64,000 bases of DNA. It comes from Zootoca vivipara. Its lineage: Eukaryota. Below the pieces are notes generated by a model. The model was not told the origin of the DNA. It ran no database searches and worked only from the letters and a program-made list of their open reading frames with translations. The stretch is from NCBI RefSeq assembly GCF_963506605.1, contig NC_083277.1, forward strand, positions 93,868,001 through 93,932,000, written 5' to 3'. The position numbers and the translations under genes are program-made. Shown piece by piece: positions 13,353 through 24,867 of this stretch. Positions within the stretch are counted from its first letter, which is position 1; each line of letters opens with the position of its first letter.

Positions 13353-15099
13353 CTTGTCCTATAGCTGTATATATAAACACATAAATGTTTTAGTGTCTTC
13401 CCCACCTCCTCCCAGCTTCAGAGTATGAAAAATGAAAGGCCGTCTTAAATCAGCATATCACAAAACATAGAGCATGCTGTGCTGTGCTGTTATGAAGGGT
13501 GTTGGGTTGCAGTGATGAGAGATGACAATTCTGACCTCATACTTGCTCCATAGAGAAATATTTTCCCAGTTATATGCACACCACTGAACCTTCTGTTTGA
13601 AGAAAATGCAACAGAAATTAAGTTGGAGAGCATTTTTAAGTTTCAACATTTTGAGGAGTTTCCAGATTCTTCTTGCAGAAATATATTTCAGAAGATGCTT
13701 TTCAAAAATAGTGATCCTATGGGAAAATGGTGTCCGGACTACTGGGAGGAATTTAACATCATACTCTTGTGATTGTTACATCAGTGCAAGAATTCTGCTT
13801 GCCAGGTGCAATGATCTTTCCTTCTCCTAGCCCTGTGCTCTCTTCTCAGGGTTTTCCCAAACCTCCAGACCAGATCTGGCGGAGGTGTGATGGTGCATGG
13901 GGGGAGGAGAGCCCTGTTGTGTTAGTGTGAGCCCCTGCACAGGCTTCTGCTAGCACGCTGGGTTAGTTGAAACTGGGCCATCATCTCTGGCAGCTCACAT
14001 GCACACACACACACTTCATTGTGATACCTAAATTCTACAACATAATCCTGCTGTTTGTGCTGAATCAGGCAGAGACACCTAAAGCATCCCTACAGGTAGG
14101 ATGGTAGCCATTCATGGGTCTCTTGCTATGTGTTGCATGAGTTGCTTCTGAATTCTGACCGATGGAGTTTTGTTTTTGTTTTTAAAGCAGTAGAACAGGC
14201 CTAATTTCTGCACAAAGCTTCTTTCAAATGAAACCCTACCTGCATTCATTATAATAGCTTACTGGCTGGTGCATGTTTCCTCGCTAGTGGCGGAACCCCA
14301 GGATGTAAGCAGAAGTGACAGCAAACACATTGCCTGCAAGTGAAATTGTGTCTGGTAGTTCCCCTACCTGTAATACCTAGCAGAACTTAACTTGCGTCAC
14401 AGCCCTCCAGATCATTGGCTGACAATTGCTGGGGAGGGAATGACAGGGAAACAAGGCCCCTTGGGATCTCATACCTGGCAGTGAGTTCTAGAAGCTATGG
14501 AAGAGGAAGGAGAAACTGGAATGTAGCTCCTTTTTCTGCTGCAGCATATATGCGGCACTTGATCTAGTTTTTTTCAACAGAGACTGTTTAAGCTATTCCT
14601 GAAATGGCCCCTCTGGCTCATTTGATGTCCCACTTCTGTCTTTTCCCATTATCCCACCTCTTGCTCTCTTTGACTTGTGCCCTTCAATTCTCTTCTCATT
14701 AAATTGGGACTGACCTTTCTGACAACAGTGCTGGGGAATGCAGGGGGTGGGGGTGGGCTGATGCTTAGCATCAAAAAGCACCAGGTTTTTAGAATCTAAC
14801 GTATCCTCCCACTTATCAATCCCTTAGTAAGGGTCTTGATTCAGGTTCAGTAGATAGTCACAATTACGGTTCCAATGTTGTTCTAGTCATGGTAAAAGCT
14901 ATACACACATACCGTTTGGGGGTTGGTCGGAGATAACCACTCAAGCAGGGCAGAGGTCCTCCTCATACATCTGGTGTGAAATTATTGAGCTTTCACAAAC
15001 TGCAGTTGGACACCGACATTTTTCGGCTGCTCTGGAAAGAGGTTTCCAACATTTTTAGTGAAATAACAGAGGGTGTGGTTTTCTTTGTCTTTATTTCAG

Positions 15100-15461
15100 G
15101 TGCTTGTCAAAGTTCCTGCAAGATTTCCAGCCAGTCTGGGAAACCCAACAATACTTGCAACCCAGATAGTTGTCCATACTGCATGAAGACCTTGGCTAAC
15201 GATCCAGAGCTGGTGGACAATGAAGTGGGAGATTCTGACAGCGACGGGGTATACGAGTTTACTCAGGATGCTCACTACAGTGACCAGAGGGACCCTCAGC
15301 GTTGGAAAGCCCGGGGAAGAAACACCTTAAAATTCCTAGCCTTCTGGAAGGTGGTTTGTGAGACATTTCGGAAGATTGTAGATAGCAAGTACTTTGGCCG
15401 TGGGATCATGATAGCTATCCTGATCAATACCCTCAGCATGGGGATTGAGTATCATGAGCAG
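15100..15461 (+). CDS. CACNA1G: CACNA1G exon ~9 (362 nt): distal I-II loop and IIS1, [11 protein letters not shown]...[29 protein letters not shown]
   Basis: Acceptor ttatttcag|, donor cag|gtaagc; lies within ORF 14976..15515. Confidence 0.96.
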
Positions 15462-15488
15462 GTAAGCAGAGCCCTCTGTACTTTAGTA

Positions 15489-16109
15489 AAAAAAAATCCT
15501 TCAGTAGCACCTTAAAGACCAACTAAGTTTTTATTTTAGTATGAGCTTTCGTGTGCATGCACACTTCATCAGATACACTGAAACAGAAGTCACCAGACCC
15601 TTATTTATATTCAGGGGGTGGGGGTGATGGGAATGGGTGATGGGCTGATAGGAGTGGTAAACCTGTAGATGACTGTTAACGACTGTTAATGACTGCAATT
15701 GGTCTTGCAGGGGGAAAGCAAGGGCTGAGGTGCTAAGGAAAGCTTGATCATGTATAATGAGATAAGAATCCTATGTCTCTGTTCATTCCAGGTGGCTCCA
15801 TTGTTTTAAGCTTGCTAATGAGTTGCAATTCAGCAACTTTTCTTTCCAGTTTGTTTCTGAAATTTTTCTGTAATAAAACAGCTGCTTTGAGATCTTGTAT
15901 AGAATGTCCTGGGAGATTGAAGTGTTCTCCTACTGGTTTCTCTGTCTTATGATTCCTGATGTCAGATTTATGTCTATTTATCCTTTGGCGTAGGGTTTGG
16001 CCTGTTTGTCCAATATAGAGAGCTGAAGGGCACTGTTGGCATTTGATGGCATACACAATGTTAGAAGATGAGCAATTAAATAGTCCTGAGATGGTATGTT
16101 GGACGTTGT
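15489..16109 (-). mobile_element. 5'-truncated Penelope-like retroelement: GIY-YIG endonuclease C-terminus plus pLTR
   Basis: ORF 15748..16056(-) YAIKCQQCPSALYIGQTGQTLRQRINRH...EHF is GIY-YIG-like; 12-bp direct repeat tgtactttagta at 15477-15488 and 16110-16121. Confidence 0.9.
15539..15576 (-). ncRNA. Minimal type I hammerhead ribozyme motif in the Penelope pLTR
   Basis: Minus strand reads GUAU-CUGAUGA-A-GUGUGCAUGCACAC-GAAA-GC-UC-AUAC: core boxes, stem II hairpin, palindromic mini stem III, stem I GUAU/AUAC. Confidence 0.75.
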
Positions 16110-18391
16110 TGTACTTTAGTAGTTATAGTTAGACTCTCCCTGCAGCCGAGGCACCCCAAATGCTGGCCTCATTAGCTCCATCCTGGTTCTGCTCTTAGCC
16201 CCTTGAGTGGGATTTCGTACCACACAGCATCGATTCATGCTGACCTCTTACTTTCATGCCTTGCTCTGTTTAGCTGTGTTTGTTCTGGTCTGTTGTTAAA
16301 TGAAGCTATGAAGCGCTGCAAGGGCAACAAAACTGCAAATCTTGGGGGAGCACTTCTGGTTGTGCTACTTAGTGTGGAGAACTGCACACTGGTGAATGGA
16401 GTTCAGTGACACTTGTTGGTCTGAGGATGTAAGCAAGTGAAGCCATCTTTACAATGCTTTGCTCTCTCTCTCTTTCTTTTTTTGCATTTTTACAGTAATT
16501 CTCCAAATGCCACAAAACTATTTGCTTACCTCAATAAATCATTTACATTTGATTTTATAATAGCTAACTTGCAAACAACATGTCATGAAATATGCAAGCT
16601 CTTTTGTGAAATAAGTACTGTAATTGCATGCTTGGTGGGTTTATTTGTGTTTTTTTAATGCAGGCTTCCCCATACAATTTGGATTATGGTGTATTTCGAT
16701 ACTTAGACATGATTTTGCTCCAGTCAGTCATATTGCGGGGTGCCCTTTATTTAGAAATGTGTCTGCTTTGGTGCACAGTTGATATGACCAAAATAAAAAT
16801 GTCAGCACTGATTACATTCTGTTACTGGCAGGTGGTACATGGTTGCTATGTACGGTTGCTGATTTAAGACCTACTCCAGTTCCCATAAGTCTGTGTCAAT
16901 GTTGTTCAGTGTCGAAGGGTCAGTCAAATACTTTGGCTTCTAGTTCTGTGAAACCCAACTTCCCCCCTGAAACATCAGGTTGACTTTGTCCCCCACTTCC
17001 CATACAGAGTCCTAAATTCTTGTCGTTCCATTTAATTTCAGAGGTCATTGAAATTTTTAAATATGTTTTTCAACATAATATTAAAAAGGAATAAAGTCTC
17101 ATAAGGTAGCTAGATGGCTGGTGGCATCAGATACCTGGTGGCATCTTCACAAAGAACTCCACCCCCAGTGATGTCAGTGTCATTCCTCCCATATGGAGCT
17201 CTCTGTCCCACCGATCACTACACCTGCTCCAGACTCTCCTCACACTGAGCAGAGTTCCCCCTGCTCCTGTCTTATGCCCTAGCCAGCATAAGCAGTGAGG
17301 TTGCAAATGCAGCAGTGGCTAAGCTGCTCAGTCACACCTTGGTTAAGATTGCTCTGCCCCTTGGAAGCAAGTTGCATTGAACGTACTGAACATATTGAAT
17401 CTATTAAACAAGCTCTCCTTCAGATGTGCTCATTTTTCTTCTTTTCTAGCTCCCCCTTCCCTATTGGCATAGTCACGTACTGTTTAGTGCAGTTGTTTTA
17501 CTTCTCATTTATTTCTGTAGCTCCCAATGTGCCAGAATAGTAGCTGTAATCCAAATTCTGCAGGTATAATTGTAGATCCTAGTGCCATCCTGGTGTATTA
17601 ATGCATCAGTGGTTGTACATTGTGGTGGCTGAGGCCCCTTTGGTGTGCTAAATGTGTCCTTTCAAGCAAGCATGTTTTCTGAAATCTTAATGCAATGTGG
17701 CTGATTAACCTTTGTTTTCGTCGTGCCTTAAATGGAAAGGCACACTTAGGTCCTCTTAGGATCTGTCACATGCTGTTTGACCTTCCTTTCTTGACCTTAC
17801 TCAAAATTTGTCACCATAGCTGAAATGAGGATTGGTGGATTGCTTTTGAAATTCGTTATTCTTTTAATAATAATACCAAGTGGATCATTCCTTTGGAGTC
17901 TGGAGGGGAAACTAGAAAAGTTGATGCAAAGTTCACATTCTACATTTTTGATAGTTTGAAGCACAGAGGGAAATGTCACCTCTGTCTAATTCAGGTATTG
18001 CTTCCTGTGATGGGGAGACAACCTTAGCAGTTCCTCTGCCCTTCCCATTACCCCTCTTACCATAACAGAAAACCTACCAAGGGCATGCAAGAGAAGCAAT
18101 CATGTTGCCGGTTGTGCTTTTCTCATGGTGATTTTAAAATATGCTATCTTTGGGAACACCCACGGGAAAGAATTTGCCACCAGGAAAGGGTGGGGAGTAT
18201 GTGGTCCTCCAGATGTTGTTGGACTGCAACCCTCACTGCTCAAGTGACATTGGTCATGCTGGGAAGGGTTGGTGGGAGTTGGAGTCCAACAGCACTTTCA
18301 GCATACCAGGCTGGGGAAAGGTTGCAGTTGATTAGAGAGAGAGGTGGGTCCGCTAGGCAGTAGAACCTGTAGCACCAGTGTTCCTAGGAAT

Positions 18392-18940
18392 ATAGAATCA
18401 AAGAACTGTAGAGTTGTAAGGGACCCAGAGGGTCATCAAGTCCAACCCCCTGCAATGCAGGAATCTCAGCTAAAGCATCCCTCTCAGATGGCCATCCAAC
18501 CTCTGCTTAAAAGCCTCCAAGGAAGGAGAGTCTACATCCTCCTGAGGGAGACCATTCCACTGTCAGACAGATCTTACTGCCAGAAAGCTTTTCCATGTGT
18601 TTAGTTGGAATCTCCTTTCTTGTAACTTGAAGCCATTGGTTCACGTCCTACCCTCCAGGTCAGGAGAAAACAAGCCTGCTCCTTCTTTCATGTGACAGCC
18701 TTTAAGATATTTGAAGATGGCTATCAAATATTCTCTCAGTCTCCTCTTTTCCAGGCTAAATATACCCAGCTCATTCAAGCGCTCCTCGTAAGGCTTGGTT
18801 TCCAGGCCCTTGATTCCCTTGGTTGCCCTTGTCTGCACACATTCCAGCTTGGCAACATCCTTCTTAAATTGTGGAGCCCAGAATTGGACACAGTATTCCA
18901 TTTGTGCTTTGACCAAGGCAAAATAGAGTGGGACTGTTAC
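18392..18940 (-). mobile_element. CR1 LINE 3' fragment (~550 bp)
   Basis: ORF 18641..18916(-) [27 protein letters not shown]...[19 protein letters not shown]. Confidence 0.92.
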
Positions 18941-19712
18941 TTTAAGGACAGAAGGTGGTTATGTGATGCACTCAGAGGGGCTTAAAAGATGTCATAGCTG
19001 GAAAAACCTGGGACTGGGGTAGAAAGGTGATTGGTAAGTGAGTACTCTGGGTTTCAGTGTGCTATCTTCTTTTTCTTTCTTTTCTTTTTAAGAAAAGATT
19101 AGAGAATCCAATGTCCTATTTCCCTCCGCTCCCGCTCCCCTCGATATTGGAGTGAATAGCAAATGTTGAATCCTGCTTTTATTAATTCATCTGATTAAAG
19201 CGGCAGTAGAGAATAAGGAGATGTTTTTTCTGTAAACTCCTGAGGCTTACAGTTTGCAGTTTCATAATCTGACAGTTATGAGATAGGGAATTAGAGCTGA
19301 GAATTGATAGCTCTGGCCCTTCTGCTGAGATTATAAATGGTGAATGTGACCTTTCCCCCCCCCCTCAAAAAAAAAAGAACCTTAAGAATAAACAAATCAA
19401 TGTCACCAAATGTATCTGCGTGGATAGGTTGTTTAAAAAGAAATGAAGGACCTTATGAGCAATTGACTTTCTTAGTTTTTTCTATTAGGCTCTCTTGCCT
19501 AATATAGAACACAAGTATTTCCATACACACTGAACCCTGACTTTGTCAGTTCTATGAAGTGGAGTAATTTGGTATCAGAAATGTTGATATTGTTATAAGT
19601 TTTGGGGGGAGCAAGACTCCCCTAAATTCCTGGAACTAGGGAAAAGTTAGAAATTAACCAACCCCCCTGAATCTCCAGATGCAGCAGGGATTAATGTGTG
19701 TGCCTGCCATAA

Positions 19713-20500
19713 CTCAGAGGGGAGATGGTTCCACAGAGAGAGTGTCACAATGGAAAAGGCCATATCCCTGGTAATTGCAAGATGGACCTTTCAAGGCAGC
19801 AGCAGCAAAGCCATGTGGGCCTCTAGCTGACCTCAGTGATGATGTAGGGTGATGTGGGAGAAGATTTTCCTTAAAATAGCCTGCTCCCGAGAGCTTGAGA
19901 GCTTTAGCAGCATATTGGGAGACGGTATAGCAACACATGTAAGAAAGATGTTAACGTGTGCATGAAAAGGTGCTCCAGGAAGCAGTCTACCTGCAACATT
20001 CTGCACTAGCTGCAGCAGCTGCTCTAGCTATAACGCCAGCCCCATAGAGAGTGTATTACAGTCATCCAGCCTTGAGTTTCCCTGTGCATGAGTCAAAGGG
20101 GTGAGGCTCTCCCTGTCCGGACACATTTGTAGCTGGAGAACCAGCCAAAAGTAGTTGCTGTACCCACTTGGGCCTCCAGTGAGAAAGGTAGATCTAAGAA
20201 CATCCTCAGGGGTGCGCACACATACCCGCACCCCAAGCTGCGCACTTGCTCCTTCAAATGGAGGGTGGGCAATTATGAAATTCCCAGACCCAGGAGCCAC
20301 CAAACTACAGGACTTCAGCCTTGTCAGGATTCAGTCTCTGGTTTATTTTCCCTCTTCCAACCTACCACTTCATCCAGAGACTATATGCTAATAGAGAAAT
20401 GGAGCTGGATATCATCACTATACTGATGACACCGTGCTCCAAATCCCACAATGACCATTCCTAATGGCTTAAAGAGCATTGGGGACAAGATTGCAGCTAG
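19713..20500 (-). mobile_element. Old degenerate L2-like LINE fragment
   Basis: Remnants resemble the 9.9 kb element (gggagatggttccacag...gaaaaggcc); RLDDCNTL-type remnant in ORF 20028..20303(-); boundaries approximate. Confidence 0.55.
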
Positions 20501-21157
20501 TGCCAGGGAGGCTAAGTATAAAGCAGTGTAAAGTTTAGAGTCCCCATTAAATGCTCATGATAACCAATTCTTTCTCTATATTAAAACAAAATTGGACTTA
20601 ACAGCTTTGGGAAGTTTTGCCCATTATTTCTGAATATGTGTTCCTAATGAGTCATTCTCATTGAACATCATCATACTTAAAAAAAATTAAAAGCAGAAAT
20701 CTCAGCACATTCATTTTAAGGAAAACCAGCTATTCTTTAGAAAGAAAGAGCTGTCATAATTACTTAAAGCATCATATATGTCACCCTTAACCAAGTTTCC
20801 ATAATAATGAGAAACTGGAAGCTTTGTTATTAATAGAAATAAGTGGCACACATCCCTCACATATCAGATTTACAGTCTGTTTTTAAAAATTGGGTTTTAA
20901 CATACTGAATTTTTTTCAAGGGCCATGCTAGCAGAAGGAGATGTGAATGGATACAACTGCAGTGCCAGGCCCATTTTGTGAAGATTAATGGTACACTGTA
21001 CATCACCTAGTAAATAAAATTAGTATCACTGTTATCCCACTGCTGTCACATCAGTTCACATCATGTTCAACTGCTTTGCCACCCCTAGAGATTAAGGAAC
21101 TTGACCCCCACCAATTATTATGAGCAGAAGACATGCTGGAAATCATTTGATTTCAAG

Positions 21158-21422
21158 CAGGGGTCAGCAACCTTTTTCAGCCGTGGGCTGGTCCACTGTC
21201 CCTCAGACCATGTGGTGGGCTGGACTATTTTTTTTTTTTTGCGGGGTGGGGGTGGGGGTTGAACAAATTCCTATGCCCCACAAATAACCCAGAGATGCAT
21301 TTTAAATAAAAGCACACATTCTACTCATGTAAAAATGCACTGATTCCCAGACCGTCCGTGGGCCAGATTGAGAAACCGATTGGGCCGCATCCGGCCCATG
21401 GGCCTTAGGTTGCCTACTCCTG
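21158..21422. mobile_element. hAT (Charlie-like) non-autonomous element
   Basis: TIRs caggggtcagcaacct / aggttgcctactcctg; degenerate 8-bp flanks atttcaag / atctgaag. Confidence 0.75.
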
Positions 21423-21997
21423 ATCTGAAGACACAATTATCACAGCCAGAGCAAAAGTTAGTCTTCTGTAGTAGCCTAAGAATTAGCTGAAACATTATTG
21501 AGTGCATAGCAAAGATCCCATCAGGGCAGACTGAGTGGTAATAGCAAACAAATGTAAAAGCAGCAAAGAAACAAGTTTCTTCCCATTTCATCGCAAATAA
21601 CCAAGCAAAGAGATAATTAGGGTCCTGAAGGAACAGCCTAGGATTGTTGGGGGAATGAAAGCAACCATGGTTTGATTGCAGGGAAGGGGAGTAAAAGACA
21701 TGAATAGAGGGTCTAAGGAAATAAAGCAGAGCAAAGCAAAGCAAGTGTGTGTGAGAGTGTATGAAACATTGAGTTTTGAGAATTTCTAAAGACAATCAAA
21801 GCAGAAGGAGGGAAGCAGATTCAAAGGCTAATAACGGTATGTGATCTGGTGGGCGAAACCTGTCGATTTATTTATTTTATATATTTTATGTACCACTTAC
21901 TGTAATACTAAGACAGTCTCTAAGCAAATTACAAAATAACAAATAGGGTATATAAATGAAACTGGAAACCTACATATAATACAATGAAATAGAAAAT

Positions 21998-22155
21998 TGG
22001 GTTGCCATGTTTCAAAAAGTAAGAACCAGGACACCCCAAAAACCCGCAGGTTGTTGAGCTTTTTTTAAGGAAAATAAGTTGAACTATCAGAAATTCCACC
22101 CAATGTCAATTCCGCCTTCGAAATCCTGGTAATGTCCGGACATATGGCAGCCCTA
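21998..22155. mobile_element. hAT (Tip100-like) MITE; partial relative at ~26452-26560
   Basis: TIRs tgggttgccat / atggcagcccta; shared internal aaccaggacaccccaaaa...gttgttgagc. Confidence 0.6.
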
Positions 22156-23267
22156 GAAGACAATGCAATGCAGTATAGAGCAATTAACATCTCCAATGAA
22201 GCTGATCCATTGGGATCCTTTCTTTGGTTTCCCTCTTGCCAAGGCACACACTGACTCTCAACGCATCGTGCAGTTTCTTCTTGCTGCAGTTGAAAGAAGG
22301 CACAGCCCTGGTTTCCTCTAACAAATATCTGGATATTAATTTGCATCCATTGAGGCCTTTGCTTCTAATTCATTTCATTACCTCTCACACTGTGGTGTTG
22401 GCAACACAAAGTCAGCCAAGGCTGGAATGTCAAATACGTGTATGAGATCAGTGTAGGTCCATGGGAACAAAGGCAGCAGGAACACGAGAACTCTACAGCC
22501 AGGTGTTTAGCTGTGTCTAAGTCAGAAAGGTCCCAGAGATAGTCAAGCCTGAAAGATGAGGGGAAAGAGCAAATGAAACAAAAACCTGTGGCTGTGGCAG
22601 GAGCTGTAGACTGGCCTGCTGTGATAAAACTACTGGTACGCAATTGTTTGAAAGCTTAGAAAAGGAAGTAATTCAATAGGACATTCTTTTTTTCCTTTTT
22701 CTTTTTAAAGTCTACAAAGGAAGAACCTCTCAAAACAGTAGCTAATGTGCACACTCAGTTTGCAAAATACCAGTGTAACCTTTTTCAGGCACTTTTAAAG
22801 CTCATTTAAGAGTTTTAAAGCTTAATCCTTAGTGCATCAAACAGCAGGGGGCTTGAGCAGGTGACTATACAAATGTTGTAAAGTTGTCAGTAAGTAACAT
22901 TAAAACCCAATAACCATTGCAGCATGAAAATATCACCCATCTGTGCCACGGCATGTAAGGAAAATGTGCCTGCAGAAAGGATTGGAAACTAAAAGGTCTA
23001 CGGGCAAATGCAGGATAGAGTTTCTTGTAAAAGGTGGCGTATCCTTTTGGCGCAGTATTCATTTGTGAAGGAGGAGTGTGGATTAAGGTGCTAGGACTGT
23101 AGCAGGTACCACTAACTTACTGGTTCAATTCCTTGATCTACAGTAGTCTTTTTTCCCCCTCTGATTTGTTATTTTGTTTGCTTCTCTACCTCCTGTGGAG
23201 CCAACAGCTAATTAAAGAAAAGAAGGACCTCTTCATTTGAGGGAATCATGTGATAATTGTGTGGCAA

Positions 23268-24279
23268 TGTCCCTCCCCAACCCGAAATAAGAGACAAGAC
23301 ACAGGAAGTTAAGTTTTAAGTGGGTGAAAAGGCCACAACTTTATTGGTTAAGGATGTTGAGCGGTATTGGCTTAGGCATTGGACCCTAACCGACTATATC
23401 CGACTGCAACCCGTGTGTTACAGTCCGGGAGAAATTAACCACCAGAAAGGAGCCCGGTGATATATATCTACCGAGACACCTCCTGTGGCCACCGTTGGGG
23501 GGTGCTCTAAGGCCCTGACCTCCGTAGGCCCAGGACAAAGCTACCGCCCCCGGAACCCCTTTAACGGGATTAAATCTCCAATTTCGGGCAGAGGATGACG
23601 TGATCTGCCCCCCATACATTATATATGCAAAATTTCCAATGCCTAACCGCCAAACCAAGTTGTGACGACATGCTATGAGGTAGGCGAAAAAACCAGTTTG
23701 GCTAATCCAAGTGGAAAAAGTCCTACCCGGCCCCCCAGCCAACCAAGGCGACCAACAAAGTCCATAGCAGCGTCGGCCTAGCCTGCCTGACTGCCTAACC
23801 TAAAAGGGGCGGGTGGGTGGGTGATCCGATTGCTCTGGCTACCGGGGAAAGAGAGGCAGGGTTCCCGCCTCCGCCCTGATTTAAACGCGAGCAAGGCTCC
23901 GCCTCCCGGCCGGCCCTATTGGCCGTCCGGGTGTGACGGAGGCGGGAACCCTATCTCGCGAGAGGGCTGAGCACACAGCCTCTCGCGAAGGTTGGGTCGG
24001 TCCCTGCCCACAACGCCACCTCCGCGAGACACGGAAGTGGTTTTGTGTGGCAAGATCCGATTGCTCTGGCTACCGGGGAAAGAGAGGCAGGGTTCCCGCC
24101 TCCGCCCTGATTTAAACGCGAGCAAGGCTCCGCCTCCCGGCCGGCCCTATTGGCCGTCCGGGTGTGACGGAGGCGGGAACCCTATCTCGCGAGAGGGCTG
24201 AGCACACAGCCTCTCGCGAAGGTTGGGTCGGTCCCTGCCCACAACGCCACCTCCGCGAGACACGGAAGTGGTTTTCGCA
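23268..24279 (-). mobile_element. Solo terminal repeat of an LTR-type or DIRS/Ngaro-type retrotransposon with a duplicated promoter module
   Basis: Minus strand: possible TG...CA ends; CpG-rich promoter with CCAAT, GC boxes and tttaaa, then AATAAA (tttatt at 23340-23345); homologous to 47490-48270 in the opposite orientation. Confidence 0.7.
23823..24275. repeat. Exact tandem duplication of a 222-bp CpG-rich unit (23823-24044 and 24054-24275; period 231)
   Basis: Units identical by eye; 9-bp spacer gtgtggcaa. Confidence 0.95.
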
Positions 24280-24479
24280 GGGGGCTGGGACAGACTGATC
24301 CCAAAGCTTACAGTGCCATTGTTCTTTCACTTACCCATCCTAAGCAAGATGATACTGGCTCTGCTTACCGGAAGAGGAGGTGGAAGCTAAACTAGTTTCA
24401 GCTTCTTTCACTTTAGAAAGGATAGAGACTGTAAATTATTGACTGTACTGGATGGGACTGATGGAATTTGGAGTCCAGC

Positions 24480-24716
24480 CACTGGTGGAGGAAGGGGGCG
24501 GGGGAGCACATCGCTCCCGGCACCGTGATCCCAGTGGGGTGCCATCGCGGCTGCCCCCCCCCCGCGCTGGGCGCCATGCCCCCACAGGCAGTGCCCCATG
24601 CCCCCAGGATGCACGCCACGCCCCTGGGACAGGCACCAAACCCCTGTGGGCAGCGCCCCAGCCACACACCCTGCCTGCTCTCCACCCCAGTACCGGAGCA
24701 TGAAGCTCTGCCACTG
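24480..24716. mobile_element. GC-rich hAT MITE
   Basis: Imperfect TIRs cactggtggag / ctctgccactg; perfect 8-bp TSD agtccagc at 24472-24479 and 24717-24724. Confidence 0.85.
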
Positions 24717-24729
24717 AGTCCAGCTATTT

Positions 24730-24867
24730 GGAGGATAACTCAGTTGGTAAGAGCATGAAGCTCTTAATCTCAGGGTTGTGTGATCGAGCCCCACATTGGG
24801 CCAAAGATTCCTGCATTGCAGGGGGTTGGACTAGATTGCAGTTGTGGTCCCTTCCAATTCTATGGTT
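24730..24867 (+). mobile_element. tRNA-derived SINE with CR1-like 3' tail; degenerate relatives at ~25378-25480 (+) and ~28733-28853 (-)
   Basis: A-box-like ctcagttggtaagagc and B-box-like gatcgagccc, then gggggttggactag...cccttccaattctatg matching the CR1 3' end. Confidence 0.75.

Noticed and set aside
15748-16056. Domesticated GIY-YIG nuclease gene
   Set aside because: It is a 5'-truncated fragment inside a TSD-flanked Penelope insertion, with no true start codon or promoter
23823-24275. CRISPR-like array or prokaryotic contamination suggested by high GC and repeats
   Set aside because: Only two long units with no spacer series; the region is contiguous with a vertebrate retroelement that has a second copy in the window
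24730-24802. Functional tRNA gene
   Set aside because: The acceptor stem and T-loop are degenerate and the sequence runs into a CR1-like tail, so it is a tRNA-derived SINE; the same applies to the Sauria SINE heads
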